64,000 bases of DNA from Phaeosaccion multiseriatum (Eukaryota; Protista; Ochrophyta, other classes): the NCBI GenBank assembly GCA_965112735.1, contig OZ218954.1, positions 2,790,001 to 2,854,000 of the forward strand, given 5' to 3'. Positions within the stretch are counted from its first letter, which is position 1. Each line of letters begins with the position of its first letter. A program made the position numbers and the translations under genes. The notes below the pieces were generated by a model. The model was not told the DNA's origin and searched no databases. It saw only the letters and a list, made by a program, of their open reading frames with translations. This document shows, piece by piece, positions 41,206 through 58,054 of the stretch.

Positions 41206-42486
41206 GGAGGGAGTGATGAAGACCCACAGGGTGAAAGTGACGAAGACCCAGATGGTGGAAGTGACGCAGCCCCTGAGGATGAGCATGACGTGGAACCAGG
41301 CGGTGGTGATGACGATGATGAGGACGGCCGGCCACGCTGCCTGGGAGGACCCTCCATTCCACACAGCCGACCATACTTGAGCGCTCCACCTCTGGTGGAG
41401 GCAAGAGCCCCCGCCTTGTGCAGCGACGTGCTATTGCGATTGGTAGTGTCCCATTACTTGCACAAGGTGCCTCTGTTTGGCTGCTGAACGGCGAGCGTGG
41501 CTGGTGAGGCCCATCTTCTTTTTTATAATCCGATAATCTCAGAAGGAGGACGCGGACAAGGAGGAGGGGCTCACGGACAACTGCGAGCTCAATGCCGACG
41601 AGGTGAGAGGAGAGAGAGAAGAGGCACACCGGCTTACGTATCATCGGGTATATCTCTCCTTTTCGGGCTTCTCTTCTCTCCCTTTCTCCCTCCCTCTCTC
41701 TTGGGCCGGCTGTGGCTCTGACTGTGGCGGCGCTAACGACGGGCTTTAATGTGTGGCTGTTTCCTGTACTTGCTGTGCTATCCTCTTCTGTGCAAACAGC
41801 TTGGTTGGCGCACGTTTGCATAATGCCCAGCGATGACTCCGCGTCTCCTGGCTCTGCATCTGTCCTCCACCACCACCTCCTTCCTCATCTGTGTCCATCC
41901 TTTCTGGTCCACATGCTGAGCCAGGCCCAGCGATGAAGAGAGTCAGGAGGTGGTGGAGGAGGAGGGGGAGGGGCAAGGGGAGGAGGAGGGAGGAGAGAGG
42001 GAGGAGGGAGGAGGAGGAGGAGGAGGAGGAGGAGGGGCAAGGGGAGGAGGAGGAGGAGGGGCAAGGGGGGGAGGAGGGAGGAGAGAGGGAGGAGGAGGAG
42101 GAGGGACGGCATGGGTCGAGGTCACCACGCATGTTGGTCTCACTATGCCAGCGTCGCTTCAGCAGTACAGCTCCCCGACGTCCGACCCGGCCGACGCGCC
42201 CTCCTTCGCCGACTTCGGGAGTGAAGGGGGGGAGGGGGGCACCAAGCTCCCTGCGGACGTTGACGGCTCGCTTCCCTCGGAGGGCGTGGACGTGGACGCC
42301 CCCCACCCCACCCCCGACCCCAAGACGCTGACGGATCGCTTCACTCGGAAGAATCACAATCACAGCCTTCGAGTGCAGAGGATGAGGATGCTCCGAGGAG
42401 CAGTGAAGGAGGAGCAGCATTCTACTCCATCACGCCGAGAAGAAGCCGCGGCCAGGCGACAGCGCCAAGAACAGGAAGAAAGCTAG
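41134..42486 (+). pseudogene. Orphan acidic coding-like segments with splice signals; probably a disrupted gene
   Basis: ORF 41134-41487, an exon-like 41543-41602 (KEDADKEE..NADE) between AG and GT, and ORF 41950-42486. I could not join them into one open frame. Confidence 0.35.
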
Positions 42487-42575
42487 GAAGAAATACAGGC
42501 AGCTCTAGTGCCAAGAAGCGCTCTCTGCCTGTATTTTCTTTATGGCTTTCCTCCTGTTCTTGGCGCTCTCGCCTG
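42453..42575. repeat. Imperfect inverted repeat (~50-bp arms, 22-nt loop)
   Basis: CAGGCGACAGCGCCAAGAACAGGAAGAAAGC...TACAGGCAG versus CTGCCTGTA...GCTTTCCTCCTGTTCTTGGCGCTCTCGCCTG. Confidence 0.85.
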
Positions 42576-43317
42576 CTGCTGTTCCGCGTCACGGATAAGT
42601 CCGTGACCCTTTCCTCTCTTTCGACTCTCTCTTTCTGGCATACGACTACGAAGCGCTCGACGGGAAGGGAAAGCAACAACAGGGGAGGGCAAAGAAAACA
42701 GCTCCACACGGACACAAGACCGGAGCGGCAGCAGCCAACAGCGAGACCCGCAAGGAGCGGGACTACGCCAACACTTACGACCAAAAGCATGTTCGCCTCA
42801 CCACCTTCGCCATCGAGACCCACAGACGACTCACCCTCACTCCTACACGCACTCGCCGAGCACGTCTTCTCCCGCGCGAGTCGCACCGGCCCCTCTACCA
42901 CCAAGGGCCAAGTCCTGACCAGGCTTCGTCGTCTCGTCAACTGCAACCACCAGATGTGGCCTATCGGAGCGAGAGCGCGCCTTCCTGGGTCGGCTCAACC
43001 GCGGAGCCGGACCTGCACCCCCCCCCCCCCCCCGATCAGGCGGGAGAGTAACAGGCCCCCAGTGGGCCCCAGAGACACACACACTCACACACAAACGCAC
43101 ATACGCACACTTTCAGTTTCTTAGGTGATTCCTATTAAGTCTATAAATATTCCCCGCTCCAGCCAAAGGCCTATTTCAAAGACCACAGGGCGCATCGTAT
43201 GAAGATGAGGGGGCTGTGAAGCAGCGCCCTTTTGTTCCGCGGCTACAAACATGCCCTTGTTCCGAGGCTTCCTTCCCAACCCATTTTCGAGGGTTGGCCC
43301 CACCCCACCGAAGACTC

Positions 43318-43983
43318 TTATCTGTTACGTGCTATGTCACCAACTGCTGCTGCTATATCACCAACCCCTGGTCCTGCTGCTCCCGCGGCGGCGCGTGAGG
43401 TGGCGAGCGAATTGGTCAGGGACACCTTCCTCTGTCGAGCATCCTCCTTTAACCTCTCCAGCTCCCTTTGCTTGCGCTGCTGAGAGGCCCTCAGTCGACG
43501 CGCCGCTTCTCTCTGCCCCTCCGTCGCCCGCTCGCTGCTCGTCACCGGCAGGGAAGCGCGCAGGTGGGAAGAGGAGTGCACGTGGGGCTGTTCCTGTGCT
43601 GTGTGTGTGGGTGTGGGTGTGTGCGTGTGTGCAGGCCCCGCCCCCGTCGAGCCTGCGATGCCCTCCACAACAAGCTCCACGCTCTCGCGCATCATGCTCG
43701 CACTTCCTCGACGCCGCCTCGATAGGCCATGCTCCCCTCTTCCTCCTCCTCCTCCTCCTCCTCCTCCTCCTCCTCCTCCTCCTCCTGCTGCTGCTACTGC
43801 TGCTGCTGTTGCAGGGGAGTGCGAGTCCTTTCCCCCCCCACGGACAGGATGGCCTGCCATGCCAGCCTCACCACCCCGACCCCCGGGCGTGCGTGGTGGG
43901 GGCGAAGGGGGCATGACGATGGAGTGCCCCTGCTCTCCCCGATAATAAGAAGCCTCCCTGCCGCCCTTGTCCATGTCCGTGAG

Positions 43984-44015
<32 letters not shown>

Positions 44016-45410
44016 CTGCTGCAGAAGGACCGCTGTCTGTCTTCCGCTTCCCCCACCCGCCAGCACCCCCTCGATGCTGCTCCCCTCCACCACCGCGGCC
44101 CGAGCCAGCAGGGCGAGCAGGACGAGGGCTACTCTCTGGACTCGTGGCGAACAACAACAAGCCTTGGCGACGCTCCTCCTGCTCCTGCTCCTGCTCGTGT
44201 TGGTGCTCCGGTCGGTGGTACGAAGAAGCACCAACGTTAACATTGTCAAGCTCATCACCACCACCACCGTCCCTCACTCCACTATTCCACCCGCCCTCAC
44301 CCCCGCCCCTGCCCCCGCCCTCGAACAAGCGTATGAGATTCGCAGATCCCGAGTAGTCTCCCGTCTCTTCTTGGAGTCTGCGTAGCTCGGTTTTGAGGTG
44401 GCGATTGGCAGAGGAAATGGCCCGGAAGGCTTGTTCAATCTCCGACACTCGCAAGGAATACTTGGCCCTTGACTCTCGAAGAGCCGTCTGGTGGGGAGGA
44501 AGCAGAGGGAGCAGAGGGGAAGGGGATGGGGGAGTGGATGGGAGGGAGCAGAGGTAGCAGAGGGGAAGGGGGTGGCGGAGTGGATGGGAGGGGGGTAGAC
44601 AAGGCGGGGAGACGGGGGGCACGTAAGAAAGCACGGGCGAAGACAGACAGACAGAGAGAGAGAGAGAACTTGAGAAAGAAAGAAGAGAGAAAAAGGCCTT
44701 TCTCTTCCGGTCAACAGCGACGCGCGGTTAGGCCGGACTCACAGGCACCAACCCACCCCACCCCACCCCACCCCCCTCCTCTTACTCCTCCTCTCCTTCG
44801 CTGCTCCCCTCTCCCACTCCCTCACCTTGACGGCGGTTTCCACGTCGGCGTCTCTCTGCCCCAACATGGCCCGCAGCTTGTGCTCCCCCTCCGCCTTGGT
44901 CCTGTGCAAGTCGGCCCGGAGCCTGTTGCTGGTGTCGAGCAGCAGGGTTCGCTCCTCCCCCAGTGCCTCCAGCTCCCTCCGGAGGCTTGCGGTGCTTACC
45001 TCCATCTCTTGTAAGGAGAGGTCCTTGGCCTCAAGTTGCGTTTGGAGCTTGCCTGTATATGTATATATATACATACAATAATAATATATATACATATATA
45101 TTCCGAATGGTGTACCATTGTACGAGGAAGAAGAGAGAGACGGTTGAGCCGAGTCGAGGGAAAGGGACGGTTTCGAATCAGCGGAAAGAAAAGAGATAAG
45201 TTGAGTCGAGGAACAGGCAAGGGAAGGGGCTGGGAGGGAGGGAGGCAAGAATGAATTTGTGCAAGGCGCCGAGCGGGCTGCAACACACACGCCCCCCACC
45301 CCCAAAGACAATGGACTTCTTCAAATCGCAGATAAGACCCCCTCCCTCCCTCCCTCCCTCCCTCCCTCCCTCACCGATCTGCTGCATGCCCTCAGCGAGC
45401 TTGTCGAGTA

Positions 45411-45444
<34 letters not shown>

Positions 45445-46338
45445 ATCCCCCCCACTCCCCGATACCGTCCCCTGCGGAGGAGTGTGTGCCCCTGCTCTCA
45501 GGGCCTCCATCTCAAGCCGCATGTCCCTCACGATGCCTCTGAGCTGCTCATTGGCCCCTCTCAGCTGCTCGTTGGCAGCCTCCAGCCCTTGCATTGTGTG
45601 CTTCGTAGCCTCCCGCTCTCCTCCCTCCATTACTCCTCCTCCTCCTCCTCCTCCTCCTCCTCCTGTCCCGCCCCCGATCATGTCTATTTGCGGCGGTGGA
45701 GACGTCGAAAAAGCCTCGCCTTCAGGCCCTCCTCCTGCTGCTGCTGCTGCTGCCCCCATTTGCGTAGAGAGCCCGGGCAGGGGCGAGGGTAAGCCCATAT
45801 CGTCACTGAACAAAGGGCTGCTGCTGCCCCCTCCAGCGGTAGCTTCAAGCCGGCCGCTGCAAAGAAATGATTTGACCACAACAAAACCACAAAGGGAGAG
45901 GGGAAAGAGCAAAGAGCAGTGTGAGGGCAGTGTTGTTGAAGAGCAAGTGTTTTAGAGAGGGAGGGAGAGAGAGAGAGGTGGACAGGAGGGATCACGAACG
46001 GCAAGCCCATCCAAGAGGTGCCACCGGTCCCGTCACCCAAAGATCTCCTCACCCCCACGGCCCTGGAGAGCGAGAGAGAGAGAGGGTGAAGGAGAGAGAG
46101 AGCGAGGGCGAGAGAGAGAGAGAGAGAGAGAGCAAGAGAGAGAGAGAGAGCGAGAGAGCAAGAAGGAGAGCCGGCCTGACCTCGCGTGTTGCTCACTCCT
46201 GAGGCGCCTGAGCTCTACCTCGTACTTGTCCCTGAGGCTGTCAAGAGCGGCTTCGCTGTCCTCCAGGCGCTGGCGGCCCTGGGGTGCGTGTGCGGCCCGA
46301 GCGCGAGCAAGAGAGGGGTAGGAGGGACCACGACAGAA

Positions 46339-46374
<36 letters not shown>

Positions 46375-49300
46375 CAGTGAGGGTGGACAACACATTAGAA
46401 CCGGACACCACACTTCGCTTGTCGCTGTCTCTCTCAAGGGGGGACGGTCGTATGGGCAGGGGCAGTCATATGGGCAGGGACAGCCGTATGGGCAGGGGCA
46501 GTCGTATGTGGGCACGGTGGACAGGACAGTCGGCTCGTTGCTCTCTCTCAAAGGGGGCTGCAGCGGCAGCACCGTACTGTCTACTCATTGCCTTCTCTCA
46601 AGAGGGACGGCACACAAGAACAAGCGGCAGCGCCTGCCTTACCTGAGTGACGCGTATGTCCGCGTCTGCCAACTTGCCCTCTAGGCGGCCCACGGCCCCC
46701 CGGGAGGCGTCGAGCTGCAGCTCCGTGTCTTCACGGCGCCGATTGGACAGCGTGAGCTCTACTTCGCGCTGAGGTCAAGGAGAGGAGGCGAACGGAGGTG
46801 TGTGGGGAGTGGGGCGGGGAACAGGCGGGTTGGTAAAGAAGATGACGATGGTGATGCAAGGCTGCAGCTACCACTCACTCCGCAGCTTCAAGCAGCAGTT
46901 TGTGATACAGCAGCAGTAGCTGCAGCAGTTGGTGATACAGCAGCCCCATTCAGCCTGCCCTTCTTGAGCATTACAACGCCACTGCTCGTTGCGCAGCTCG
47001 CCTACTGTTGCTTTCCCTGGACCCATGCACCTGCTCAGTTCTCTCCGCCCGCCCCCAACGCACGCTCACCTCTTGGAGTGCCGTATTCAGGCGCTCCTCC
47101 TCCGCCTGCGAGGCCGATAACCGTCCCTTCAGCCTGTCTAGCTCGACGCTCGTCGCTCGCAGGCCCTCCTCCGCCGCTTCCTTCTTGCTCCGAAGCGCGA
47201 GCAGCGCAGCGTCCTTGCTCCTTACCTGTGACGCCACACACACGCACACGCACACACACACACGCACGCACAAAAGCACACACACACACGCACGCACAAA
47301 AACACGCACGCACACACACGCGAGTGGAGGAGTGCCCAAGGAGTGTGGTGCGTGATGAGGGAAGTGTGGCTCAGGGTCAGGGTGTCACACACGTCAGCGT
47401 GTCGGTCAGGGTATCGGTCAGGGTATCGGTCAGGGTATCGGTCAGGGTATCGGTCAGGGTATCGGTCAGGGTATCGGTCAGGGTGTCGGTCAGGGTATCG
47501 GTCAGGGTATCGGTCAGGGTATCGGTCAGGGTATCGGTCACGGTGTCGGTCAGGGCGTCGGTCACGGTATCGGCGGCGCTAATGAGAGCGCCGCACGCGC
47601 CGCAGCACGCTGCTCCCCGACAAGGAAGGAATCCGAGGAGGTACGCGGGTGCAGGTGGTGTAGCTGGAACTTCACTAACCTGTGACCCCCCCCGCCCACC
47701 AGCCCCTCTGATGTACCCTCCCCTCCCCTCCCCGCCCCTCCCCGCCCTGCCCATCCTCTCCCCCTCCCGTCCTACCCCCTTCCCCTCCATTCCCCATCCC
47801 CTCCCCTTCCCCTCCAGTCCTCCCTCCTCTCCTCTCCCCCTCCCCTCCTTTCCCCTCCCCTCCCATCCCCACCCCTCCCCTCCCCACTCACCTCCTCCTT
47901 TAGCCTGCCCTGCTTCGTCTCTGCCTTGTCCCGTTCCCTCCCCAACTCTCCCTTGAGCCTCGTGATTTCCCCTTGTGCCAGAGCCTGCACCTGCTGCCCA
48001 TTCTCCAGCCTTGCCCGGAGCTCGCCCCCCTCGCCTTGGAGAGAAGAGACGATCGCTTGCGCGTCACTCAGCCTTCCCTTCCAATGGAGCACCTCCTCCC
48101 CATGCTGCTCGGCCGCCTGTACAAACGCCCTTTCCACCGCGGCAAGAGAGCCCAAGAGCTCTTTCATCCGCCCTTCGTACTCATTGACTTGCTGCTGGTG
48201 CCTCGTCTTGGTCTCTGAGAGCTCCTTCTCGGCTGCCTTTGCGTCAGCATCTCGCACAAGTTGGGCGTCGGTCAGCTCCCAACGCAGGCCCTGCTCCTCC
48301 TGCTTCAGCGCCTCAGCAGATCTCCGGACTCGCTCTCCCTCCTCCACTGCCCTTCGTTTGGCCGCCTCTGCGTCTTCTGCTGCCTTTCTAGCCTCTGTGA
48401 CCTTCCTCTGTTCCTCCCTGAGCTGGGCCAGCAGGCCGTCCTCCCTCTTGCGCAGCTCGCTCTCTCTCTGGCGCATGAGCTCATCAAAGGTTGCCGCTGT
48501 GTCGCGTCGCTCTGTGTCGGCATCGTCCTCCTTCTGCCGCAGCTGTGGGTTGGAGACAGAGACAGGGAGAGAGAGAGCGACAGGCAAGGGGGCGTTACAG
48601 AATACTCATGCAGACAAGCGAGAGCTTGCCTTGTATTCGCCACTGCTGCTACTGCTGCCCCCCATCCCCTTCTGTCACACACACGCACACACTCCCGCAC
48701 TCCCACACGCACACACGCACGCACGCACGCACGCAAGCACGCACCTGCAGCTGGAAGGCACATCTCACTGCCTCTGCCTCCTCGCGCACCCTCCTCAACT
48801 CCTCCTCGTGGCTCCAGCGCAGCGCATCGCTCTCCTCTCTCAGAGAGCGGCACTTGGCTTCCCAGTAAGCCGCCGTTTGCCTCTCTTTGTCTACTAAGGA
48901 GCGCTCTACTGTGCCCCAGTCGTCTACTTGTTTTTTTAGCTCGCTGATCTCCATGTCTCTCTCCTTCACCCCGTCTCGGAGCTCGTTAGCCAGCCCCTCG
49001 ATGCGTGCCAGCTCCTGATCTCTGTGGTGGGGGAGTAAGCAAGTAAGTCGTACATCCGCAGCAGATGATACAGCAGACGGGTAGAGCAGGAGAGCGCCAA
49101 GTCCGAGACCCGGAAGGGGGGGAGGGGAGTGAGCCATACTTGATAAATACAGAGCTAGTACATTAGATCAGAGAGCTGAATAGGGGAAAAGGTGGTTAGA
49201 GTTAGAGATAGGAGCCCAACGGAAGAGACTTGAACTTGCTCACCTTTCCTCTATGAGTCGTAAGTTAAAGACAAAGTCGTGTCTAAGGGCATCGAGCTTG

Positions 49301-49618
49301 GCGGCTTTGTCCCCCAAGGCCGCCTCCCTGTCTGCAAGCAGCCCCTCGAGGCTGCGCAGGCGAAAATCATTGATCTCCTGAAGCTCCTGCTGCTTGGACA
49401 GGGCCAGGCCCCTGCAGGAAGCGCCAAGGCATGGGAAGCGAAAGAAGGACGGCAGTTGTCAGATGATGGACAAGCAAGCCGCCCCTTACATCAATTTAGC
49501 TCTCTACTCTGGCACACCTGAGTCTGTCATCCTGTTCTCTTCCTCCCGGAGAAAGGGCGAGGGCAGCCGCAGCCGCTGCCGCAGCCGAGGGAGCCGCAGG
49601 AGGGGGCTCAGAAGTCAT
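43318..49618 (-). CDS. CCDC57: Coiled-coil domain-containing protein 57-like (centriolar)
   Basis: KQQELQEINDFRLRSLE, LRHDFVFNLRLIEER|DQELAR, NEQLRGIVRDMRLEMEAL and ERTLLLDTSNRLRADL match my recollection of CCDC57 signatures; long coiled-coil exons. Confidence 0.8.
47399..47574. repeat. 12-bp minisatellite (GTATCGGTCAGG)n, intronic
   Basis: Directly visible, about 14 copies in a CCDC57 intron. Confidence 0.95.
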
Positions 49619-49887
49619 CAGGGCGCAGAGGATAGCCCAAGTTTCGCTGATCAGCTATTCCCCACCCTATTCCATCCTGCTACCGCCGGTGGTCTTGCCG
49701 CGACCTTCGCTGCCTTTGCCACTGCTTCTCCTGTCTGGCGCCTCAAAGGGTTCATACTGCTGCGAGGGAAGGCCTCCTCTACCTCTCGTGCCGTTTGGTC
49801 AACTCTGTCCAAAAATTCTGGCCCGTATGCCTGGAATGTGTCTCCCTACGCTCTGAGTAAGCACAAGAAAAGTAGTCAAAAAAGAAG

Positions 49888-53845
<3,958 letters not shown>

Positions 53846-54315
53846 GCACTTTTTTTAAACCATTTGTGAGCCCCTCACTGAGCCTCACTGAGCCTCCAAC
53901 CTGATGAGTTCTCATTCCTTTTGTGGATCCCTCCGGACCTATACTACCACGTGGTACGACAGCGCAGTAGTTCTCAGTTCAAAGGATCCTCCGGAGCCAT
54001 CTATGCTTTCAAGCCCATATGCACACCCATCCCATCCCATCCTTCGTGCTTCGCTGAAGGTGGTGACATGGCTGGTCGGCGGTAGTGGGGGGGGGGGTGC
54101 TCACAGGCTGGCGGCGTTCCATTTATTTAGACTACTACAATACCTCAAGAATAGACTGATTTAGACACGTACGTGGACTGTCACGATGAATGTTAATGTT
54201 ACTCTCCAAGGGGGGCAGTGCAAGGGATTCAACCCTTGCTTGATCCACAACGAGGTCCACAAGCACCAGCCCACCCTCCCCTGCGAGGCTGCTGGAAGAG
54301 GCGGAGGATTTGTAG

Positions 54316-54480
54316 TCGGCCCCTGACAAGGTTCAAGGTTCTGAGGCGACCCAGGAGGTTCCAGGCTCTGGGGGAAAGCCATGTAGTAAGGCAATGATGA
54401 GGGCCAAGGCTGCTCTGCCAAGCCTCGCCAGCGGGCCAGGTTCCAGGTTCTTCTTGCCTCAGAACCTTGTCAGGAGCCGA
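54316..54480. mobile_element. Non-autonomous TIR element (TCGGCCCCTGACA family), copy B
   Basis: TTGTAG|TCGGCCCCTGACAAGGTT..CTGAGGC ... GCCTCAGAACCTTGTCAGGAGCCGA|TTGTAG, a perfect 6-bp direct repeat on both flanks. Confidence 0.85.
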
Positions 54481-54801
54481 TTGTAGTGTTTGATTTTCAT
54501 TGATATATTACACCCTTTAAGTATTCGGCCGATAGTGTTTGAAAAGGAGTGTGATGGTGCTCCAGTGCCAGGAACCACATGGAGATGGTGGTTTTGGATT
54601 GAGGGATCCGTGGCGCTTCAGCGGGCCCGACACGAACGATCGATTCGACACAGGATCCTGGCTGGTATCAACTTTGTCCCGATGGGGAGGATGACGAGTC
54701 GGAGGGATACGACCTCGAGGGCTAAGTTCCCCGGGGCGGTGAGGCGTTACTTTTAGACAACCGTAGATGGCACTTAAAGGGTGTATTATAATGGATCCCG
54801 C

Positions 54802-54859
<58 letters not shown>

Positions 54860-54881
54860 AAAGGAGCCAGTGTACAACCCG

Positions 54882-57800
54882 ATGGACGACGATGAGGGAG
54901 ATTTATCGCAGGAGCGAGAGGATGGGGGCGCGCGGGAAGACTATGATAGCCAGACCGAGGAGGGGAGGCGGGGGGGGGGCGATATGGACGACGATGATGC
55001 TGGAGGGGAGGAGCAAGAAGAGGAGCGCCTGTTCAGCTGCCGGATTGACAACGCCAAGGCTGTCACTACTATTCTTTCGTGCCTTAGTCACGGGTCCAAG
55101 AAGGCCCAACACGCCCGAGTCGACGTGAGCAAAGACAGCATCGTCTTCATTGTGGCGGGAAGGGCAAAGTTCACTCAGGTGAGGGAGGATATATATCGGG
55201 GGCACTCTCTACCAGTCGGCAATCTCTCAACAGCAGCAAGCGCGGTCTGCGGCATGTTTGAAGGTCGGAGATGTAGTGCACAGCGACTCTCATCTGAAGA
55301 AGGACTTGTCGCGTGTAGACTGTCTGAAGGACTTCTCAAATATAGAGTGTACGATAAAGTGTAGGGTGTAAAGCTCGAGGTACCCTTTCCAGGCTGCCTG
55401 TGGCTCACGTTGGTCTACCAGCAAGCGAGCGAGCGTGAATCGATGGCAAGATCCGCCCACCCGTCCTGCCGCAAACCACCCACCAACCCCTCCTCTGCCA
55501 CCCCCACCCCACCGCTACACCCAATCGCCTTAATGCACCCCCCCCCCTCTCTTTCCTTCTCTCTCTCCCCTCTCTCCCCTCTCTCCCTTTCCCTCTTCCC
55601 TCTCTCTCTCTCTCTCCCCCTCCCTTTCCCTCTTCCCTCTCTCTCTTCTCTCCAGGCCCAGGGCAAGCTGCAACGGGAGCTCTTCAACGCCTTTGAGTGC
55701 AGCGGGGATGGTGGCCATTTCGGCGTGAATCTGACCACCGTGTTGGACTGCCTGCAGGTGTGTGGGCACAAAGAAGGAGAGGGAGGAGAGAGAGGAGAGA
55801 GAGGAGAGGAGGGGCGAGGGAAGAGGGGGAGGAGGGGAAGGAGAGTGCGCAAAGGAGGAGAGAGAGGAGAGGAGAGGGAAACGAGGGAAGAGAAGGAGGA
55901 GCGGAAGGAGAGAGAGAGTGCCTTCGAAAAGGAGCAACCAACACAGAGAGAGGCATGGTGAACCAATCTGACCACTGTGCTACCGTGCTGGACTCTGAAC
56001 TGCCCATCTGCAGGTGTACGGGCCCAGCAGCCTAGGACAGACGAGCCTGAGCATGTCCTATGAACCCGGAGAGGCCCTTCTCAAACTCGCTCTGGAGGAG
56101 AACGGAGTCTTCACCAGCTGCGAGATCAGAGCACTCCATGAGGTAGACCTGCCCATATACCTGCCTGCCCATAATATGCCTGGTTGCCCATATGCCTGCC
56201 CATATACCTGCCTGCCTACCTGCCCCTCTTGCTCTCACTCGCCCTCCACCCCCCTCCCCATCACCTCCCCCTTGACAGGAGGACGACGAGTCCCAATTTT
56301 CTACCCTCGCAGAGACCTTCCACAATTCGGAGGAGGTGAGGGCAGAGGGAAGAGGGGATGGGGAGACGGAATACAACAGAGGGCAGAGGGAAGAGGGGGA
56401 GACGGAATACAACAGAGGGCAGAGGGGAACGAGAGGGTAGAAGAAAGAGGGCAGAGGGAAGAGGAGGGGAGAGCAGAGGCAAGGGGGGGGGGGGGGGGGG
56501 GGGCTGCTCTCACGCGGAAGGAGCGTGGCAGGAGGGACAGGGCCACTCATTCCTTGCTGTATCACCAACTGCTGTCCCGCCAACTGTTTGTTGCCCGTCA
56601 GGAGTGTCGCTGTATTCTCAAGAGCTCGTATCTGAAGGAGTCCTTTCAGGAGCTTACCGATCTTCCCGGGGGGGGAAGCATCAAGGTGAGTCAGCAAGCG
56701 CAGCTGCTGCTCTCCCCCCCCCCCCTCCCCCCCTCTCTCTCTCTTCCTTGTCTGTCTCTACCTCTTCCTCTCTCTCCCTCTCTCTCTCTGCTGCAGCTTG
56801 CAGGCGTAGGTCGAGTCTCAATGGGAGGGGGGAGTTGCTGGGGTTAGTTCTCAGGAAAAGTCAACTGCTCCCCTTCACCCCGCCCCGTTCCTTTGCCTGT
56901 CCTCTCTCCTCTCCTTCACTGCAGGTTTTGGTGAGCCAGACAGCGCCGTACTTCCGCCTCTCTGCCACAGGGACTATGGGAAGCATGTGAGTGAGTGAGT
57001 GAGTGAGTGAGGGACGAGACAGGAAGGAACTATAGGAAGCATTGGAGTACCCCCTCCTCTCCGCGGCTGCTACCATTGCAATCAAGCCCCCCCCCCCCCC
57101 CTTCCCCCTCCTCATGTGTTGCTCTCTATGTTTCACTCCCCGCTCACCCCCTCTTTCCCATCCCCCCCCCTCCTCCCCCCCCCTCCTCCCCCTCCTCCTC
57201 CTCCTCCTCCTCCTCCTCCTCCTCCTCCTCCTCCTCCTCCTCCTCCTCCTCCTCCTCCTCAGCGAGATCGACTTTCCCAAGGGCTCGGAGGCCTTCGTGT
57301 TCTTCGAATGCAAGTGCTCGAGCCTCTCTTGGTACGCCTGACGACTCCCTGTGACGAAAGACAGATAGACAGACAGACAGACAAACTGAGATAAAATACA
57401 ACCACGTCCCGCCCTTAACCACCCCCCGTCCTCTCCCTCCCTCCCTCCCTCCCTCCGTCCCTCCCTCCCTCCCTCCCTCCCTCCCTCCCTCCCTCCCTCC
57501 CTCCCTCCCTCCCTCCCTCCCTCCCTCCCTCCCTCCCTCCCTCCCTCCCTCCGTCCCTCCCTCCCTCCCTCCCTCCCTCCCTCCCTCCCTCCCTCCCTCC
57601 CTCCCTCCCTCCCTCCCTCCCTCCTCCTCCCTCCCTTCTTCTCTCCCTCCCTCCCTCCCTTCCCCCTCTCCCTTCCTCCAATCTCCCTCCGTCCTCCCCC
57701 CCATTTCCACCTCCTTCCACTCCCTCTCCTCCCTCCCTCCCCTCCCCTCCCTCCCTCCCCTCCCTCCCCTCACCCCTCCCTCCTCTTGCTTAGGTCGTAT

Positions 57801-57993
57801 CAGCTGCTCGCGATGGAGAGCGGTATGCGAGCCTTGGGGGCTGCGCACGAAACGTACTTCAGAATCAACACCGAGGTAAGGCGGTGACCGTCATCGGATG
57901 AAGGCAGGGAAGAAGGAGGAAGCTTGCCGAAGAGGTTGCTGTTGTTCTTGATGCCCTTCTTCTTACCATTCGAACCCCCCTACCTTTTCCCTC

Positions 57994-58054
<61 letters not shown>

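Noticed and set aside
46802-47956. 384-aa + strand ORF
   Set aside because: Made of intronic minisatellite and pyrimidine tracts antisense to CCDC57.
54474-54488. CACTA-type terminus (reverse complement CACTACAATCGGC)
   Set aside because: TTGTAG is a direct repeat also present on the left flank, so it is better read as a TSD. The left end has no CACTA.
57144-57848. GREGG / PSLPP / CVCV / THTH-type ORFs here and throughout the window
   Set aside because: Translations of intronic (GAGG)n, (CCCT)n, (GT)n and (CA)n microsatellites.
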